Assembly (NCBI GenBank): GCA_963668675.2
Contig: CAXXMB010000002.1
Location: 1,440,001 to 1,504,000, forward strand
Reading direction: 5' to 3'
Length of the DNA: 64,000 bases
From: an uncultured Desulfatitalea sp.
Lineage (GTDB): Bacteria; Desulfobacterota; Desulfobacteria; Desulfobacterales; Desulfosarcinaceae
Both the position numbers and the translations under genes were made by a program. The notes under the pieces are model-generated. The model was not told the origin of the DNA, did not search any database, and saw only the letters and a program-made list of their open reading frames with translations. Within the stretch, counting starts at the first letter, position 1, and each line of letters begins with the position of its first letter. This document shows positions 31,593 through 41,768 of this stretch, piece after piece.

Positions 31593-32834
31593 TCAGGAGT
31601 ATAACGGGAATGCATTGCACAGCTCGGCCACCTCAAGACGCGTTCGATCGAGGACCTTTTCATCGTCCGGATTCTTGAGAACCTCGATCATCAAACCGGC
31701 GATCTGCCGCATCTCTGTAAGTCCCATCCCGCGGCTGGTCAGGTAGGGGGTACCGATGCGCACGCCGCTGGTCACCACCGGCCCGCGGCGGTCAAACGGC
31801 ACGGCGTTCTTGTTTACGGTCATGCCCGCACGCCCCAGTGCCGTCTCGGCCGCCTTGCCTGTTATATCCCAGGTCGTCAGATCGGCCAGCATGAGGTGGT
31901 TGTCGGTCCCGCCGGAAACCAGCGGCAACCCGGCCTTCTGCAAGCTTTCGGCCAGTCCCTGGGCATTGGCCAGCACCTGTTCCTGATACACTTTGAATTC
32001 GGGTAGCAGTGCCTCTTTGAAAGCCACTGCCTTGGCAGCGATCACATGCATCAAAGGGCCGCCCTGAATACCGGGGAACACCTCACTGCGCAATTTGGCC
32101 TCGACATCGGCCTTGGCCAGAATCAATCCACCGCGCGGTCCACGCAACGTCTTATGGGTGGTGGTGGTTACCACATCGGCGTAAGGCACCGGAGAAGGGT
32201 GAAGCCCAGTGGCCACCAGCCCAGCGATATGGGCCATGTCCACCATCAGCAAGGCATCTACCGTTTTGGCGATTTGGGCAAAGGCATCGAAATCGATAAT
32301 GCGGGGGTAGGCACTCGCGCCGGCCACAATCATCTTGGGCCGATGCTCCTGGGCCAGCTTGCGGACCGCGTCGTAATCGATGCGGCCGGTCTGGCCGTCG
32401 ACGCCATAGTGCACAAAACGATAGAGTTGCCCTGAAAAGCTGACCTTGGCTCCGTGGGTGAGATGTCCCCCGTGGGCCAGGTCCATCCCCAACACCGTGT
32501 CGCCAGGGGTAAGCAAAGCGAAATAGGCCGCCATATTGGCTTGCGAGCCGGAATGGGGTTGCACATTGACATAGTCGGCACCGAAGAGCTGCATGGCCCG
32601 TTCGACGGCCAAGCGTTCGGCCACATCAACGAATTCGCAGCCGCCATAGTAGCGTTTATCCGGATAGCCTTCGGCATATTTATTGGTCAGCAAACTTCCC
32701 TGGGCTGCCATGACCGCCCGGCTGGCAATATTTTCGGATGCGATCAGCTCCAGATGGCTGGTCTGCCGCTCCAACTCATGTTCAATGACCCGGGCAATCT
32801 CCGGATCCACCTGTTCGATTTGATCGTTATTCAA
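31593..32834 (-). CDS. glyA: serine hydroxymethyltransferase
   Basis: [30 protein letters not shown]. Confidence 0.97.
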   Translation of the reverse strand: MNNDQIEQVDPEIARVIEHELERQTSHLELIASENIASRAVMAAQGSLLTNKYAEGYPDKRYYGGCEFVDVAERLAVERAMQLFGADYVNVQPHSGSQANMAAYFALLTPGDTVLGMDLAHGGHLTHGAKVSFSGQLYRFVHYGVDGQTGRIDYDAVRKLAQEHRPKMIVAGASAYPRIIDFDAFAQIAKTVDALLMVDMAHIAGLVATGLHPSPVPYADVVTTTTHKTLRGPRGGLILAKADVEAKLRSEVFPGIQGGPLMHVIAAKAVAFKEALLPEFKVYQEQVLANAQGLAESLQKAGLPLVSGGTDNHLMLADLTTWDITGKAAETALGRAGMTVNKNAVPFDRRGPVVTSGVRIGTPYLTSRGMGLTEMRQIAGLMIEVLKNPDDEKVLDRTRLEVAELCNAFPLYS

Positions 32835-32862
32835 GCTCGCTCCCCTTCATGTATCGTGCAGA

Positions 32863-33303
32863 TCATTCAGCCGCCACTGTATCGAACTGATCCAAACGAC
32901 GCTGGTGGCGATCCCCCTCGAATGGGGTCTGAAGCCATGCATTGACGATCTCGATGGCCAGCACGTCGCCAATGACGCGACCGCCCATCACCAGAATATT
33001 GGCATCGTTGTGACGCCGGCTCATCAAGGCAGAGAAGAGATCGTTGCACAGAGCGGCCCGCACCCGCGGAAAACGATTGGCCACCATGGACATACCCAAC
33101 CCCGTACCGCATAACAAAACGCCTCTTTCATACAGACCCTTTGAAACCTGGTCGGCAACCTTCATCCCGATCTGGGGATAGTCCACCGAGGCTTCGCTGA
33201 AAGCCCCCATATCCTCCACCTCATTGCCGGATTCCATCAAATGGCGCTTCACCGTCTCCTTGAGCCCATATGCGGCATGATCACATCCGATCACCAGCTT
33301 CAT
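32863..33303 (-). CDS. rpiB: ribose-5-phosphate isomerase B
   Basis: GCDHA, DYP, CGTGLG, HNDAN, RHQRR. Confidence 0.95.
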   Translation of the reverse strand: MKLVIGCDHAAYGLKETVKRHLMESGNEVEDMGAFSEASVDYPQIGMKVADQVSKGLYERGVLLCGTGLGMSMVANRFPRVRAALCNDLFSALMSRRHNDANILVMGGRVIGDVLAIEIVNAWLQTPFEGDRHQRRLDQFDTVAAE

Positions 33304-33617
33304 CGGCCTGGCCCCCTTAAGGTATTTTGATTGTTTGTCTTTTTAACCATAGCCACACCCAGCCCCGTCATTTTTGCATACCTAACCGCACCGGCCATCA
33401 TATGACGTAGGTGTAGCACGACTTCATAGCTTTATCTACATCGGACCGCAAGAAAAAAACCGGTAAACGGCGCCTCTATGGCGGCGCTTTATGCTGGCGC
33501 CTGGGCGCGTTCCTTCTTAAGAATGGGTGGCAACTTTAGCGTTAGGTCAACGTATCGAGGCGGGGATAAAAACAGGGTCCGCGGGGCAACTCCCCGCAGA
33601 CCCGATCACGTTCCAGC

Positions 33618-34859
33618 TTACGCGCTGAATTTTTTCAGAATCAATGAAGCGTTGGTTCCGCCAAAACCAAAGGAGTTGGTCATGGCGTATGTCACATCGG
33701 CCTGACGTGCGACATTGGGCACATAGTCCAGATCGCACTCTTCACCCGGGGTGTCCAAATTCATGGTGGGCGGAAGGATGCCACGATCAATCACCAAAGC
33801 GGTGAACACGGACTCGATACCACCCGCACCGCCCAGAAGGTGGCCGGTCATCGACTTGGTGGAACTGACTGGCACCTTGCCAGCCGCATCACCAAAGGCC
33901 AGCTTGATGGCGCGCGTTTCGTACAGATCGTTGAGCTGCGTTGAGGTGCCATGGGCATTGATGTAACCAATATCGGCGGGCTGGATACCGGCATCTTCGA
34001 TGGCAGCCAGCATGCAGCGCGACGCTCCATCGCCATCCGGAGGCGGCGAGGTCATATGGTAGCCGTCACCGCTCATGCCATAGCCGGCCATCTCCGCATA
34101 GATCTTCGCACCGCGGGCCTGAGCATGTTCAAGCGATTCCAGGATCAAAATGCCGCTGCCTTCGCCAACCACAAAGCCATCCCGGTCCTTGTCAAAGGGC
34201 CGCGACGCTCTCAACGGATCGTCATTGCGGGTGGAAATGGCCTTCATGGCCCCAAATCCGGCGATACAGGTGCGCGTGATCACAGATTCAACACCACCAG
34301 TGATCATGGCGTCGGCCTTTCCGTGCTTGATGATCTCAAACGCCTCGCCGACGGCATGGGCGCCGGCGGCGCAGGCAGTGGCCACCGAGGAGTTGGGTCC
34401 CTTGGCCCCGAATTGGATAGATATCATACCTGGCGCCATATTGCCAATCAGCAGGGGAATAAAGAAGGGGCTAACCCGTTTGGGTCCGGCAGTTTCAACC
34501 GTTCGGGCTGTTATCTCCAGCATGTTCAAGCCGCCCAGCCCGCAACCGGTAAACACACCGACCCGATGCCCGTTGCTGCTATCGATCTTCAGCCCCGAAT
34601 CTTCCAAGGCCATGCGCGAGGCCGCAATGGAGTACGCGATAAATGGCTCCATTCGTTTGGCCTCTTTCTTGGACATGAAGTCTTCGGCGTTGAACCCTTT
34701 GACTTCAGCAGCAATTTTGGTTGCATAGTCCGAAGCGTCAAAACGGGTGATCTCACCCACACCGGATTTTCCGGCAATCAGTGCAGACCATGTCTCCTCC
34801 ACGCCGATACCCAATGGCGTGACCAAGCCGATGCCGGTTACCACTACCCGTCTTTCCAA
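33618..34859 (-). CDS. fabF: 3-oxoacyl-ACP synthase II
   Basis: TACAAG, NAHGTST, KSMTGH, NSFGFGG. Confidence 0.96.
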   Translation of the reverse strand: MERRVVVTGIGLVTPLGIGVEETWSALIAGKSGVGEITRFDASDYATKIAAEVKGFNAEDFMSKKEAKRMEPFIAYSIAASRMALEDSGLKIDSSNGHRVGVFTGCGLGGLNMLEITARTVETAGPKRVSPFFIPLLIGNMAPGMISIQFGAKGPNSSVATACAAGAHAVGEAFEIIKHGKADAMITGGVESVITRTCIAGFGAMKAISTRNDDPLRASRPFDKDRDGFVVGEGSGILILESLEHAQARGAKIYAEMAGYGMSGDGYHMTSPPPDGDGASRCMLAAIEDAGIQPADIGYINAHGTSTQLNDLYETRAIKLAFGDAAGKVPVSSTKSMTGHLLGGAGGIESVFTALVIDRGILPPTMNLDTPGEECDLDYVPNVARQADVTYAMTNSFGFGGTNASLILKKFSA

Positions 34860-35060
34860 AAGAACCTCCTTTTCGACGCCAATTCCGGCCTAAAGACACA
34901 AAGGGAACTACCCCAACCGGCGAGCAGTTCCCGTTGGCAAACAAGGCGACCGGTGCGTCCTGTAAAACTGACGACACTCCCCTCAGGCAACTTCAGGGCA
35001 TCAGAAATCAGGCGATTTTTCTTTCGCCAACCGCCCTGTGCATTGCACCCCCTGTCTCCC

Positions 35061-35288
35061 TTAGTGGGAATTGATATAATCGAAGGCGTCCTTTACCGTC
35101 ACAAGCTTCTCGGCGTCTTCATCCGAAATATCGATGTCGAACTCCTCTTCCATGGACATGATCAGCTCGACCAGATCGAGGGAGTCGGCCCCCAGGTCAT
35201 CCACAAAAGAGGCTTCGGGAACCACCTCTTCCATATCGACACTCAATTTTTCGGCAATAATCTTCTTTACTTTGTCTTCAACTGACAT
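35061..35288 (-). CDS. acpP: acyl carrier protein
   Basis: DLGADSLD phosphopantetheine site. Confidence 0.97.
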   Translation of the reverse strand: MSVEDKVKKIIAEKLSVDMEEVVPEASFVDDLGADSLDLVELIMSMEEEFDIDISDEDAEKLVTVKDAFDYINSH

Positions 35289-35435
35289 CTAAATTCTCCT
35301 TTCACAGTGAGTAAACGCCCCCAAACGAAAGCTTACAGAGTAACTGTCCGGGGTTGCGTATCGAAAACGGACTGCCCCCGCCTGGCGGGGAAATTAAAAA
35401 CCCGGCTTCCGCCAATTCAGGCGGCAGCAAGACGA

Positions 35436-36200
35436 TTACATAAACATACCACCACTGACATGCAGGACCTGGCCAGTCAGATAGGCAGCCTCATCCGAAG
35501 CGAGAAACGCCACCGCATTGGCCACATCCTCGGGTTGGCCTGCCTTGCCCAGCGGAATCATACCCAGCATGGCCTCCTTAGCCTTATCCGACAGTACAGC
35601 CGTCATCTCCGTATCGATAAATCCCGGCGCTACGGCATTGGCCGTGATGCCGCGGGAGGCATACTCCTTGGCCGTTGTCTTGGTCAAACCGATCAGGCCC
35701 GCCTTGGCGGCCACATAGTTGGCCTGGCCGACATTGCCGATGGCCCCCACGACCGAAGCCATGTTGATGATTCTGCCGTAACGCTGTTTGGCCATGATAC
35801 GCGCTACGATTTGGGTACACATGAAGGGACCTTTGAGGTTGATGCCTATCACGGCGTCCCAATCCGCCTCTTTCATCCTGGCGATCAGGCTGTCGCGGGT
35901 GATGCCGGCATTGTTGACCAGCACGTCGATGCGGCCGGCCTCGTCCATCACCTTATCGAAAAAACCGGCCACCTCCTCCTGCACCGCCACATTGGCCCAA
36001 AGGCCAACGGCTTCACATCCGGCATCCCGAACCATGGCGATGGTCTCTTGAGCCGCGGCCTCTTCGCCTTCACGGTTGGCCGGAGAAAAGTAGTTGAAGA
36101 AGATCCTGGTCCCCGGTTCGGCCATCTTGATACAGATGGCGCGGCCGATCCCCCGGGAGCCGCCTGTGACCACAACGATGCGCTGGCTGTTTTCCGTCAT
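35436..36200 (-). CDS. fabG: 3-oxoacyl-ACP reductase
   Basis: TGGSRGIG, NNAGITRD, NYVAAK, PGFIDT. Confidence 0.95.
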   Translation of the reverse strand: MTENSQRIVVVTGGSRGIGRAICIKMAEPGTRIFFNYFSPANREGEEAAAQETIAMVRDAGCEAVGLWANVAVQEEVAGFFDKVMDEAGRIDVLVNNAGITRDSLIARMKEADWDAVIGINLKGPFMCTQIVARIMAKQRYGRIINMASVVGAIGNVGQANYVAAKAGLIGLTKTTAKEYASRGITANAVAPGFIDTEMTAVLSDKAKEAMLGMIPLGKAGQPEDVANAVAFLASDEAAYLTGQVLHVSGGMFM

Positions 36201-36202
36201 CT

Positions 36203-37849
36203 CTACCTCTCGAAAATGATATCCGCGATACGATCCATATCCACAGCCCAGTTTGCCCGCCCGGCCATCATCTCCTGATAGCCGATCTCTTCCAGGTGCT
36301 GACGGGCAGCGTCTATGTCCATTGCGCCGCTCATGGCGATCCGCAGCGCCTTTTCGGACACAATCTGGGTCACTTCACCGGCAAACACGCGCGACATTGC
36401 CTTGATCTTCTCCGCTTCGGGATCGTTTGCTTCTGCCAAACGGGCCGCTTTGCGCGCCAGGCTGATCCCAACTTCGACGTTAATCATCATATCAGCCAGA
36501 TCGAACATGAGCGCCTGCTGGCGGGTCAACCGATTGTTGTGGGCCAGATCGACGGTCTTGTTGAGCGCGGTGGCCGCCATGGCGTAAAAGCGGCAGCCTG
36601 CATCAGGAACCTTGGCATCCAGAGCCGTCATCTCTTCGGCCATGTTGCCGTAAAAGGCGCCTTTGCTTTTGCGGCTGGTCTTCCAGCGGAAGGTGCTGAT
36701 GATGCTCTGCTGAATCTCGCTGGTGCCTTCGTAGATGCAGGTGATTTTCACATCCCGCTTGATCTTCTCGACGCCGAATTCACAGATGTAACCATAACCG
36801 CCCAGGGCCTGAATACAGTCATTGGCCGCGCGGTCGGCCGCCTCGGTGGCAAAAATCTTCCCGATGGCCCCTTCCACCTGCAGATCCGCTTCGCTGCTGT
36901 CCAGCATGTGGGCCACATCGTCGATGTAGGCAGCGGCCGCAGCCATGCGCACCGCATTGGGCACGATCAACTTGTGGGTATAGCCCTGTTTCTCCGACAG
37001 CGTCGTCCCAAACTGAATGCGCTCTTTAGCGTAGGGAATGGCGATCTCCAAGGCCGCCTCTCCAGCCCCTAACCCCATGGAGGCCACCATCAGGCGGGTA
37101 TAACCAAACACCTTGTTGGCCTGCTTGAGTCCCTTGCCCGGCTCTCCGCCGATCAAGTTCTCGATGGGAACGAAAACGTTGTCGAAGGTTAAAGGGGACG
37201 TATTGGATGCCCGAATACCGTGCTTCTCCTCGCCCTTGTGCTGCTTGAAACCCTCCATTCCCTTCTCAACAATAAAGAAGGTGGGGCCTTCGGGCGCATT
37301 GGCCAGCACAGTGACGATGTCCGCATAACCGCCTGTGGAGATGAACTGCTTGGCGCCGGTGATATGGTACCCGGCAACCTTTCCGTCATCGCCAACCACC
37401 GGCTCCGCCTTGGTCTTGAGGGCGGCCAGATTGCTGCCGGCACCCGGTTCGGTCACCGCGTAGGCCACCAGCGATTCACCTTCGGCAATTCGTCCCAGCC
37501 ACTTCTCTTTTTGCTCTTCCGTGGCGCCGACCAGAATCGGATCGGAGCCCAGCTGTATCGCAAAAAACCCGGTGGCCACCCCCAGACAGATCTTGGCCGT
37601 CTCCTGGGTCACCTCGCAACAATCGCGAGCGCCACCGCCCATGCCGCCATACTCCTCAGGGATAAAAAGAAGTTGCAGGCCGATTTCCGGTCCCAGCATC
37701 TCCCGGATTTCCGCCTCGGGAAACACCTCATCTCTATCCCACTTGAGGATATTCTCCTGACTCAACAGCTTTTTGCGAAGCTGGCGGACCGTATCCACCA
37801 CCATCTGACGCGACTCGAGATCCAACCCTCGATATTCGTTATCGCTCAT
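36203..37849 (-). CDS. acyl-CoA dehydrogenase family protein with C-terminal extension
   Basis: TEPGAGS, GAKQFIS, ERIQFG, GGYGY, IYEGTSEIQ, plus an extra helical domain of about 150 aa. Confidence 0.92.
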   Translation of the reverse strand: MSDNEYRGLDLESRQMVVDTVRQLRKKLLSQENILKWDRDEVFPEAEIREMLGPEIGLQLLFIPEEYGGMGGGARDCCEVTQETAKICLGVATGFFAIQLGSDPILVGATEEQKEKWLGRIAEGESLVAYAVTEPGAGSNLAALKTKAEPVVGDDGKVAGYHITGAKQFISTGGYADIVTVLANAPEGPTFFIVEKGMEGFKQHKGEEKHGIRASNTSPLTFDNVFVPIENLIGGEPGKGLKQANKVFGYTRLMVASMGLGAGEAALEIAIPYAKERIQFGTTLSEKQGYTHKLIVPNAVRMAAAAAYIDDVAHMLDSSEADLQVEGAIGKIFATEAADRAANDCIQALGGYGYICEFGVEKIKRDVKITCIYEGTSEIQQSIISTFRWKTSRKSKGAFYGNMAEEMTALDAKVPDAGCRFYAMAATALNKTVDLAHNNRLTRQQALMFDLADMMINVEVGISLARKAARLAEANDPEAEKIKAMSRVFAGEVTQIVSEKALRIAMSGAMDIDAARQHLEEIGYQEMMAGRANWAVDMDRIADIIFER

Positions 37850-37877
37850 CAACACCCGTCCTTTGTCTGGCTATGGA

Positions 37878-38060
37878 TTAATCTTTATCGGTTTCCGTGG
37901 CAGTGCGGCCCTTGTATGCACCGCAGCTGGGGCAGGCATGATGGGGCAGAATTGCCTCACCACATTCGGGACATGTTGAGGGGTTGGGTGCATCGGTTTT
38001 CTGATGAGTACGCCGTTTGTCCCGTCTTGACTTGGATATCTTTCGTTTTGGTAGTGCCAT
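37878..38060 (-). CDS. rpmF: 50S ribosomal protein L32
   Basis: [22 protein letters not shown]...[10 protein letters not shown]. Confidence 0.97.
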   Translation of the reverse strand: MALPKRKISKSRRDKRRTHQKTDAPNPSTCPECGEAILPHHACPSCGAYKGRTATETDKD

Positions 38061-38617
38061 AAGTAATCTCCCAACTAGTTGAAATTATATTTTATATTTG
38101 CAAATATGCGGCCTTCATAAACGCAGAGGCTTCTAGTAATTAAAATCGACGGGCTTGTCAAGGCGTTTTTCTTTGAAACACCCATGCTCCGCTTGTACAC
38201 CCCAGAAGGATGTGCTATAGATGTTCGTTTTTGGAACTGCGGCTTTCATACATGCACAACCGACTTAATATATTAGTTATTTCGCATACGCACCGAAAGC
38301 GACACGTAACATCTTAAGCAGTGGATCTACATCGGTGTTTCCGTTTAACCTCCGGTGGCGGCAGCCCAGGTTCGAATCTTATCAGGACAGCCCGACTGGT
38401 TGACTAGTTTAACTATACTAACAGCAATTGCAACAAGTAAATGGACGACGATCTATCTTGGCTGACCGCCATTCTTGCAATGGCGTGCTAAAACAACCAC
38501 ATAAAAACCCGACACCTGATGGCAACCGAAGGATTGACTTCTTTTGAATCGGCCAAAGGGAGTTGTGAAAACAACCAGGGGCAACGAACGCGCGCCCCGA
38601 ACAAGGACACATCCCTC

Positions 38618-40030
38618 ATGACATCTGTCAGAACGCGTTTTGCACCCAGCCCCACCGGCTACCTGCATGTTGGCGGTGCACGGACAGCACTGTTCAATTG
38701 GCTCTATGCACGGCACACCGGGGGCACTTTCGTCTTAAGAATCGAAGACACCGACCAGGCCCGCTCCACCGAGCAATCGGTCCAGGCCATCTTTAATGGC
38801 CTCGATTGGCTTGGCATCGACTGGGATGAAGGGCCCTACTACCAGAGCCAGCGGCTGGAGATTTACAACGATCAGATCGATCGACTGGTGGCCCAAGGCC
38901 ACGTCTATTACTGCACCTGTACGCCCGATGAAATTGAAGCCATGCGAGAGCGCGCCCGGTCGACCGGCGCCAAACCCCGCTATGACGGCACATGCCGCGA
39001 AAAAGGCCTGGAACCATCCGAAGGTGCTGTCGTCCGGTTCAAGGCCCCCACAGAGGGCACGACGGCCATCGAAGATGTGGTCAAGGGCGGCATTCTTTTT
39101 AACAACGAAGAACTGGACGACTTCGTGCTGCGCCGCAGCGACGGTATGCCCACCTATAATCTCGCCGCCGTGGTCGATGACATCAGCATGGAGATCAACA
39201 CCATCATCCGGGGTGACGATCACATCATGAACACCCCCAAACAGATCCTGCTCTACCAGGCGCTCGACCACCCGCTGCCGGTCTTCGCCCACGTGCCCAT
39301 GGTACTTGGCAGCGACCGCACGCGCATGTCCAAGCGCCACGGCGCCACATCGGTAACCGAATACCGTGACATGGGGCTTCTTCCCCAGGCGTTCATCAAT
39401 TTCCTGGCCCGTTTGGGATGGTCATATGGTGATCAGGAGTTTTTTTCCATCGAAGAGCTCATCGAAAAATTCAGCTTGGATCGGGTGGGAAAATCGGCAG
39501 GCATCTTCGACCCGGTCAAACTCAACGCACTCAATGCGGACCATATCCAGGCCGCCAAACCATCGGACCTCATCCGCCACGCCAGACCGTTCTTCGAAGA
39601 CCAGGGCTGGGACGCATCGGATGGCCACTATCTCGAAGGGGTGATCGCCACCCTACAGCCTCGAAGCAAAACGCTGAAAGAGATGGCCCTGCAAGCAAGA
39701 TTCTACTACCAAGAGCAGTTGACCTATGACGAGCAGGCCGCTAAAAAATTTCTCAAAGGCAACATCCTCGAACCGCTACAGTATCTAAAGGAGAAGCTGG
39801 CGGACGCAACATCCTTCAATGAGAAGGATCTTGAGCAGCTGTTCGTTCAACTGATGGAAAAATTCAGCATCAAGCTGGGCAAAATCGCCCAACCGGTACG
39901 TGTGGCACTCACCGGCACCAGCGTCAGCCCGGGCATATTTGAAATCATCGCCGTATTGGGAAAAGAGCGCGTCGTGGATAGACTGGAAAAGGCCATTGAC
40001 TTTATCGAGCAACGCCTGAAAGCAAACTGA
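38618..40030 (+). CDS. gltX: glutamate--tRNA ligase
   Basis: RFAPSPTGYLHVGG, LRIEDTD, IRGDDH, MSKRHG; start reassigned to ATG 38618. Confidence 0.96.
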   Translation: MTSVRTRFAPSPTGYLHVGGARTALFNWLYARHTGGTFVLRIEDTDQARSTEQSVQAIFNGLDWLGIDWDEGPYYQSQRLEIYNDQIDRLVAQGHVYYCTCTPDEIEAMRERARSTGAKPRYDGTCREKGLEPSEGAVVRFKAPTEGTTAIEDVVKGGILFNNEELDDFVLRRSDGMPTYNLAAVVDDISMEINTIIRGDDHIMNTPKQILLYQALDHPLPVFAHVPMVLGSDRTRMSKRHGATSVTEYRDMGLLPQAFINFLARLGWSYGDQEFFSIEELIEKFSLDRVGKSAGIFDPVKLNALNADHIQAAKPSDLIRHARPFFEDQGWDASDGHYLEGVIATLQPRSKTLKEMALQARFYYQEQLTYDEQAAKKFLKGNILEPLQYLKEKLADATSFNEKDLEQLFVQLMEKFSIKLGKIAQPVRVALTGTSVSPGIFEIIAVLGKERVVDRLEKAIDFIEQRLKAN

Positions 40031-40114
40031 TCCGTTGCCGTCGTGTCCAACGGTTTTCATCAATTAGCCCTTGACTCACGGCTTCCGGTTCATTATGTAA
40101 CGACCCATACGCAC

Positions 40115-40188
40115 TGGGGGATCGTCTAGTGGTAGGACTACGGACTCTGACTCCGTCAGCCCAGGTTCGAATCCTGGTCCCTCAGCCA
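40115..40188 (+). tRNA. tRNA-Gln (anticodon CTG)
   Basis: Cloverleaf: TGGGGGA/TCCCTCA acceptor, ACGGA-CT CTG AC-TCCGT anticodon arm, CCAGG-TTCGAAT-CCTGG T arm, encoded CCA. Confidence 0.96.
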
Positions 40189-40196
40189 AATTAAAA

Positions 40197-41366
40197 TCAA
40201 GGGGTTACAGACTTTGCGCTGTGCCCCTTTTTTGCTGTGTGAGACTCTGTGTGTGAATCTGTGTGTGAAAAATGCTCGAAACGCTCCTCTAATACTGCCA
40301 TCGCCTGACGCTCCGATTCACCTATAGAATGCAAATAGATCTCAGTAGTCGTTCGGTTCTCATGGCCAAGCAAGCGCTGGATCGATCCGATGGGCACATT
40401 GGCTTGGTCGAGCATCGAGGCTCCGAAGTGACGCAACGCGTGGAATCGAAAATATTGAACCCCTACCTTTTTACATAGGGACTTCATGATCCCCGTTCGC
40501 TCCTTGAATGGCCCAACCGTCCACTTGCAGGCCTTTTGGTCCCAATATCGGTGCCAGAAGACCCAAGGCAGCTTCTTGTTCTGATTCTGATAGCGGCGCC
40601 ACAACAGGTCGTGCAACTTCCCCATCATCGGCACTCGCCTGGGTGTCAGATTCCCGCCCTTTTTTTTTCGAGTGTAAAGCGCCACACTGCGGTTTCGGAA
40701 ATCGACATCTTGCCACGTCAATCTATTAATCTCGCTCATACGTCCCAATGTCAGGGCGATCGTCCACAAATAGTCTTGTGTGTCTTGATCGGCCGCCAAG
40801 ATGACCTGAAGCACATCCTTTTTCGGCGGCACATATTTGATCCTTTTTTCCACTGGGAAAAAATCAATTCCCCGGGTGGGATTGTGTTTGAGCCAATCCC
40901 TGCTGGGATGCATTGCGAAATTAAAAGTGGCTCGCAAATACCGAAGCTCCTTGTTTGCCGTATAAGCGGATGTCATTTTTAAGCGTTTGAGCAGAAACAC
41001 ACGAATCGATTCCGCATCGATTTGGCTGCACCGCTTACCTTTCCAGTGCTTGGCCCACCGTCGAGCCAGATAGACATAGTCAGTATAATGCCGATCAGAA
41101 TTGTAGGCCTTCACATGATCGAGTCGCTTATTAATCAGCTCCAAAAAGTCCATGTCTATTGGGATTGTCGCTTCGGACTGACTGATCTGCACTGGCACCG
41201 GAGCCTGTTGTTCTGGCACCGGGTTCGGATTTTTCAACTCCTCTCTCTTTTCTGTGGCCGCCTTGACGGCCTCTCGTTTCAGTTTGAACCATCCCCTGGT
41301 GTGCCTGGTTCCCTTGTGGGTGAAGTCGTACCTCCACCCCTTTCCCTTTACCGAATAAACGCTCAT
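40197..41366 (-). CDS. tyrosine recombinase / phage-type integrase
   Basis: GRMSEI (R), TRKKK (K), FHALRH (HxxR), LLGH, TTEIY (Y); N-terminal arm-binding-like segment; AGGAGG upstream. Confidence 0.95.
   Translation of the reverse strand: MSVYSVKGKGWRYDFTHKGTRHTRGWFKLKREAVKAATEKREELKNPNPVPEQQAPVPVQISQSEATIPIDMDFLELINKRLDHVKAYNSDRHYTDYVYLARRWAKHWKGKRCSQIDAESIRVFLLKRLKMTSAYTANKELRYLRATFNFAMHPSRDWLKHNPTRGIDFFPVEKRIKYVPPKKDVLQVILAADQDTQDYLWTIALTLGRMSEINRLTWQDVDFRNRSVALYTRKKKGGNLTPRRVPMMGKLHDLLWRRYQNQNKKLPWVFWHRYWDQKACKWTVGPFKERTGIMKSLCKKVGVQYFRFHALRHFGASMLDQANVPIGSIQRLLGHENRTTTEIYLHSIGESERQAMAVLEERFEHFSHTDSHTESHTAKKGHSAKSVTP
40199..40233 (+). terminator. hairpin/terminator downstream of tRNA, overlapping integrase 3' end
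   Basis: AAGGGGTTACAG-loop-CTGTGCCCCTT followed by a T run. Confidence 0.6.
40235..40270. repeat. three tandem 12-bp repeats, candidate integrase arm-type sites
   Basis: CTGTGTGAGACT CTGTGTGTGAAT CTGTGTGTGAAA. Confidence 0.6.
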
Positions 41367-41529
41367 AGAGGTCCTCCTTGCTGGGGAAGAGCAGAGAACC
41401 TCCGAGTTTCCTGCCGCCCAACGCCTGCCAATGCTTGTAAACCCAGCTTGGGCTCTTGCGCAGGAATTGAGCGACCTCCTCGGGTGTCAAAATATCGTGA
41501 CTACCGGGAATGTCAATGGAATCCATCAT
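41131..41529 (-). CDS. excisionase-like HTH DNA-binding protein, overlapping integrase
   Basis: ILTPEEVAQFLRKSPSWVYK...KLGGSLLF (HTH_17/Xis pattern); ATG 41529 with GAGG upstream. Confidence 0.8.
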   Translation of the reverse strand: MMDSIDIPGSHDILTPEEVAQFLRKSPSWVYKHWQALGGRKLGGSLLFPSKEDLYERLFGKGKGVEVRLHPQGNQAHQGMVQTETRGRQGGHRKERGVEKSEPGARTTGSGASADQSVRSDNPNRHGLFGAD

Positions 41530-41768
41530 GTGACCTCTGTCCTTCCCGGGCCCAGAGGTAACATCTTTTAAAAACGGTCTGTTATGACCTGTAACTATAT
41601 CGGTATGGATTGTATTTGGGTGGGGTGGCCGGTGCACTGTGGCGTTGGCCGTAACATGGTCGGGGTTCGGGACCCTTTTAAGAAATTTTATACACCGTCG
41701 ATATTATGGTAATAGGTTCCGGAGTTTGTCAAGGCGTCTTGAAAAACGAATTTACTGAGGGAATTCAC

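Noticed and set aside
33951..36278. Long plus-strand ORFs (444 aa, 323 aa) and similar antisense ORFs throughout
   Set aside because: Shadow frames of well-supported genes in GC-rich DNA, with no motifs.
38362..38378. attR of the integrated element
   Set aside because: It is on the wrong side of the tRNA and would place the essential gltX inside the element; kept only as an unexplained repeat.
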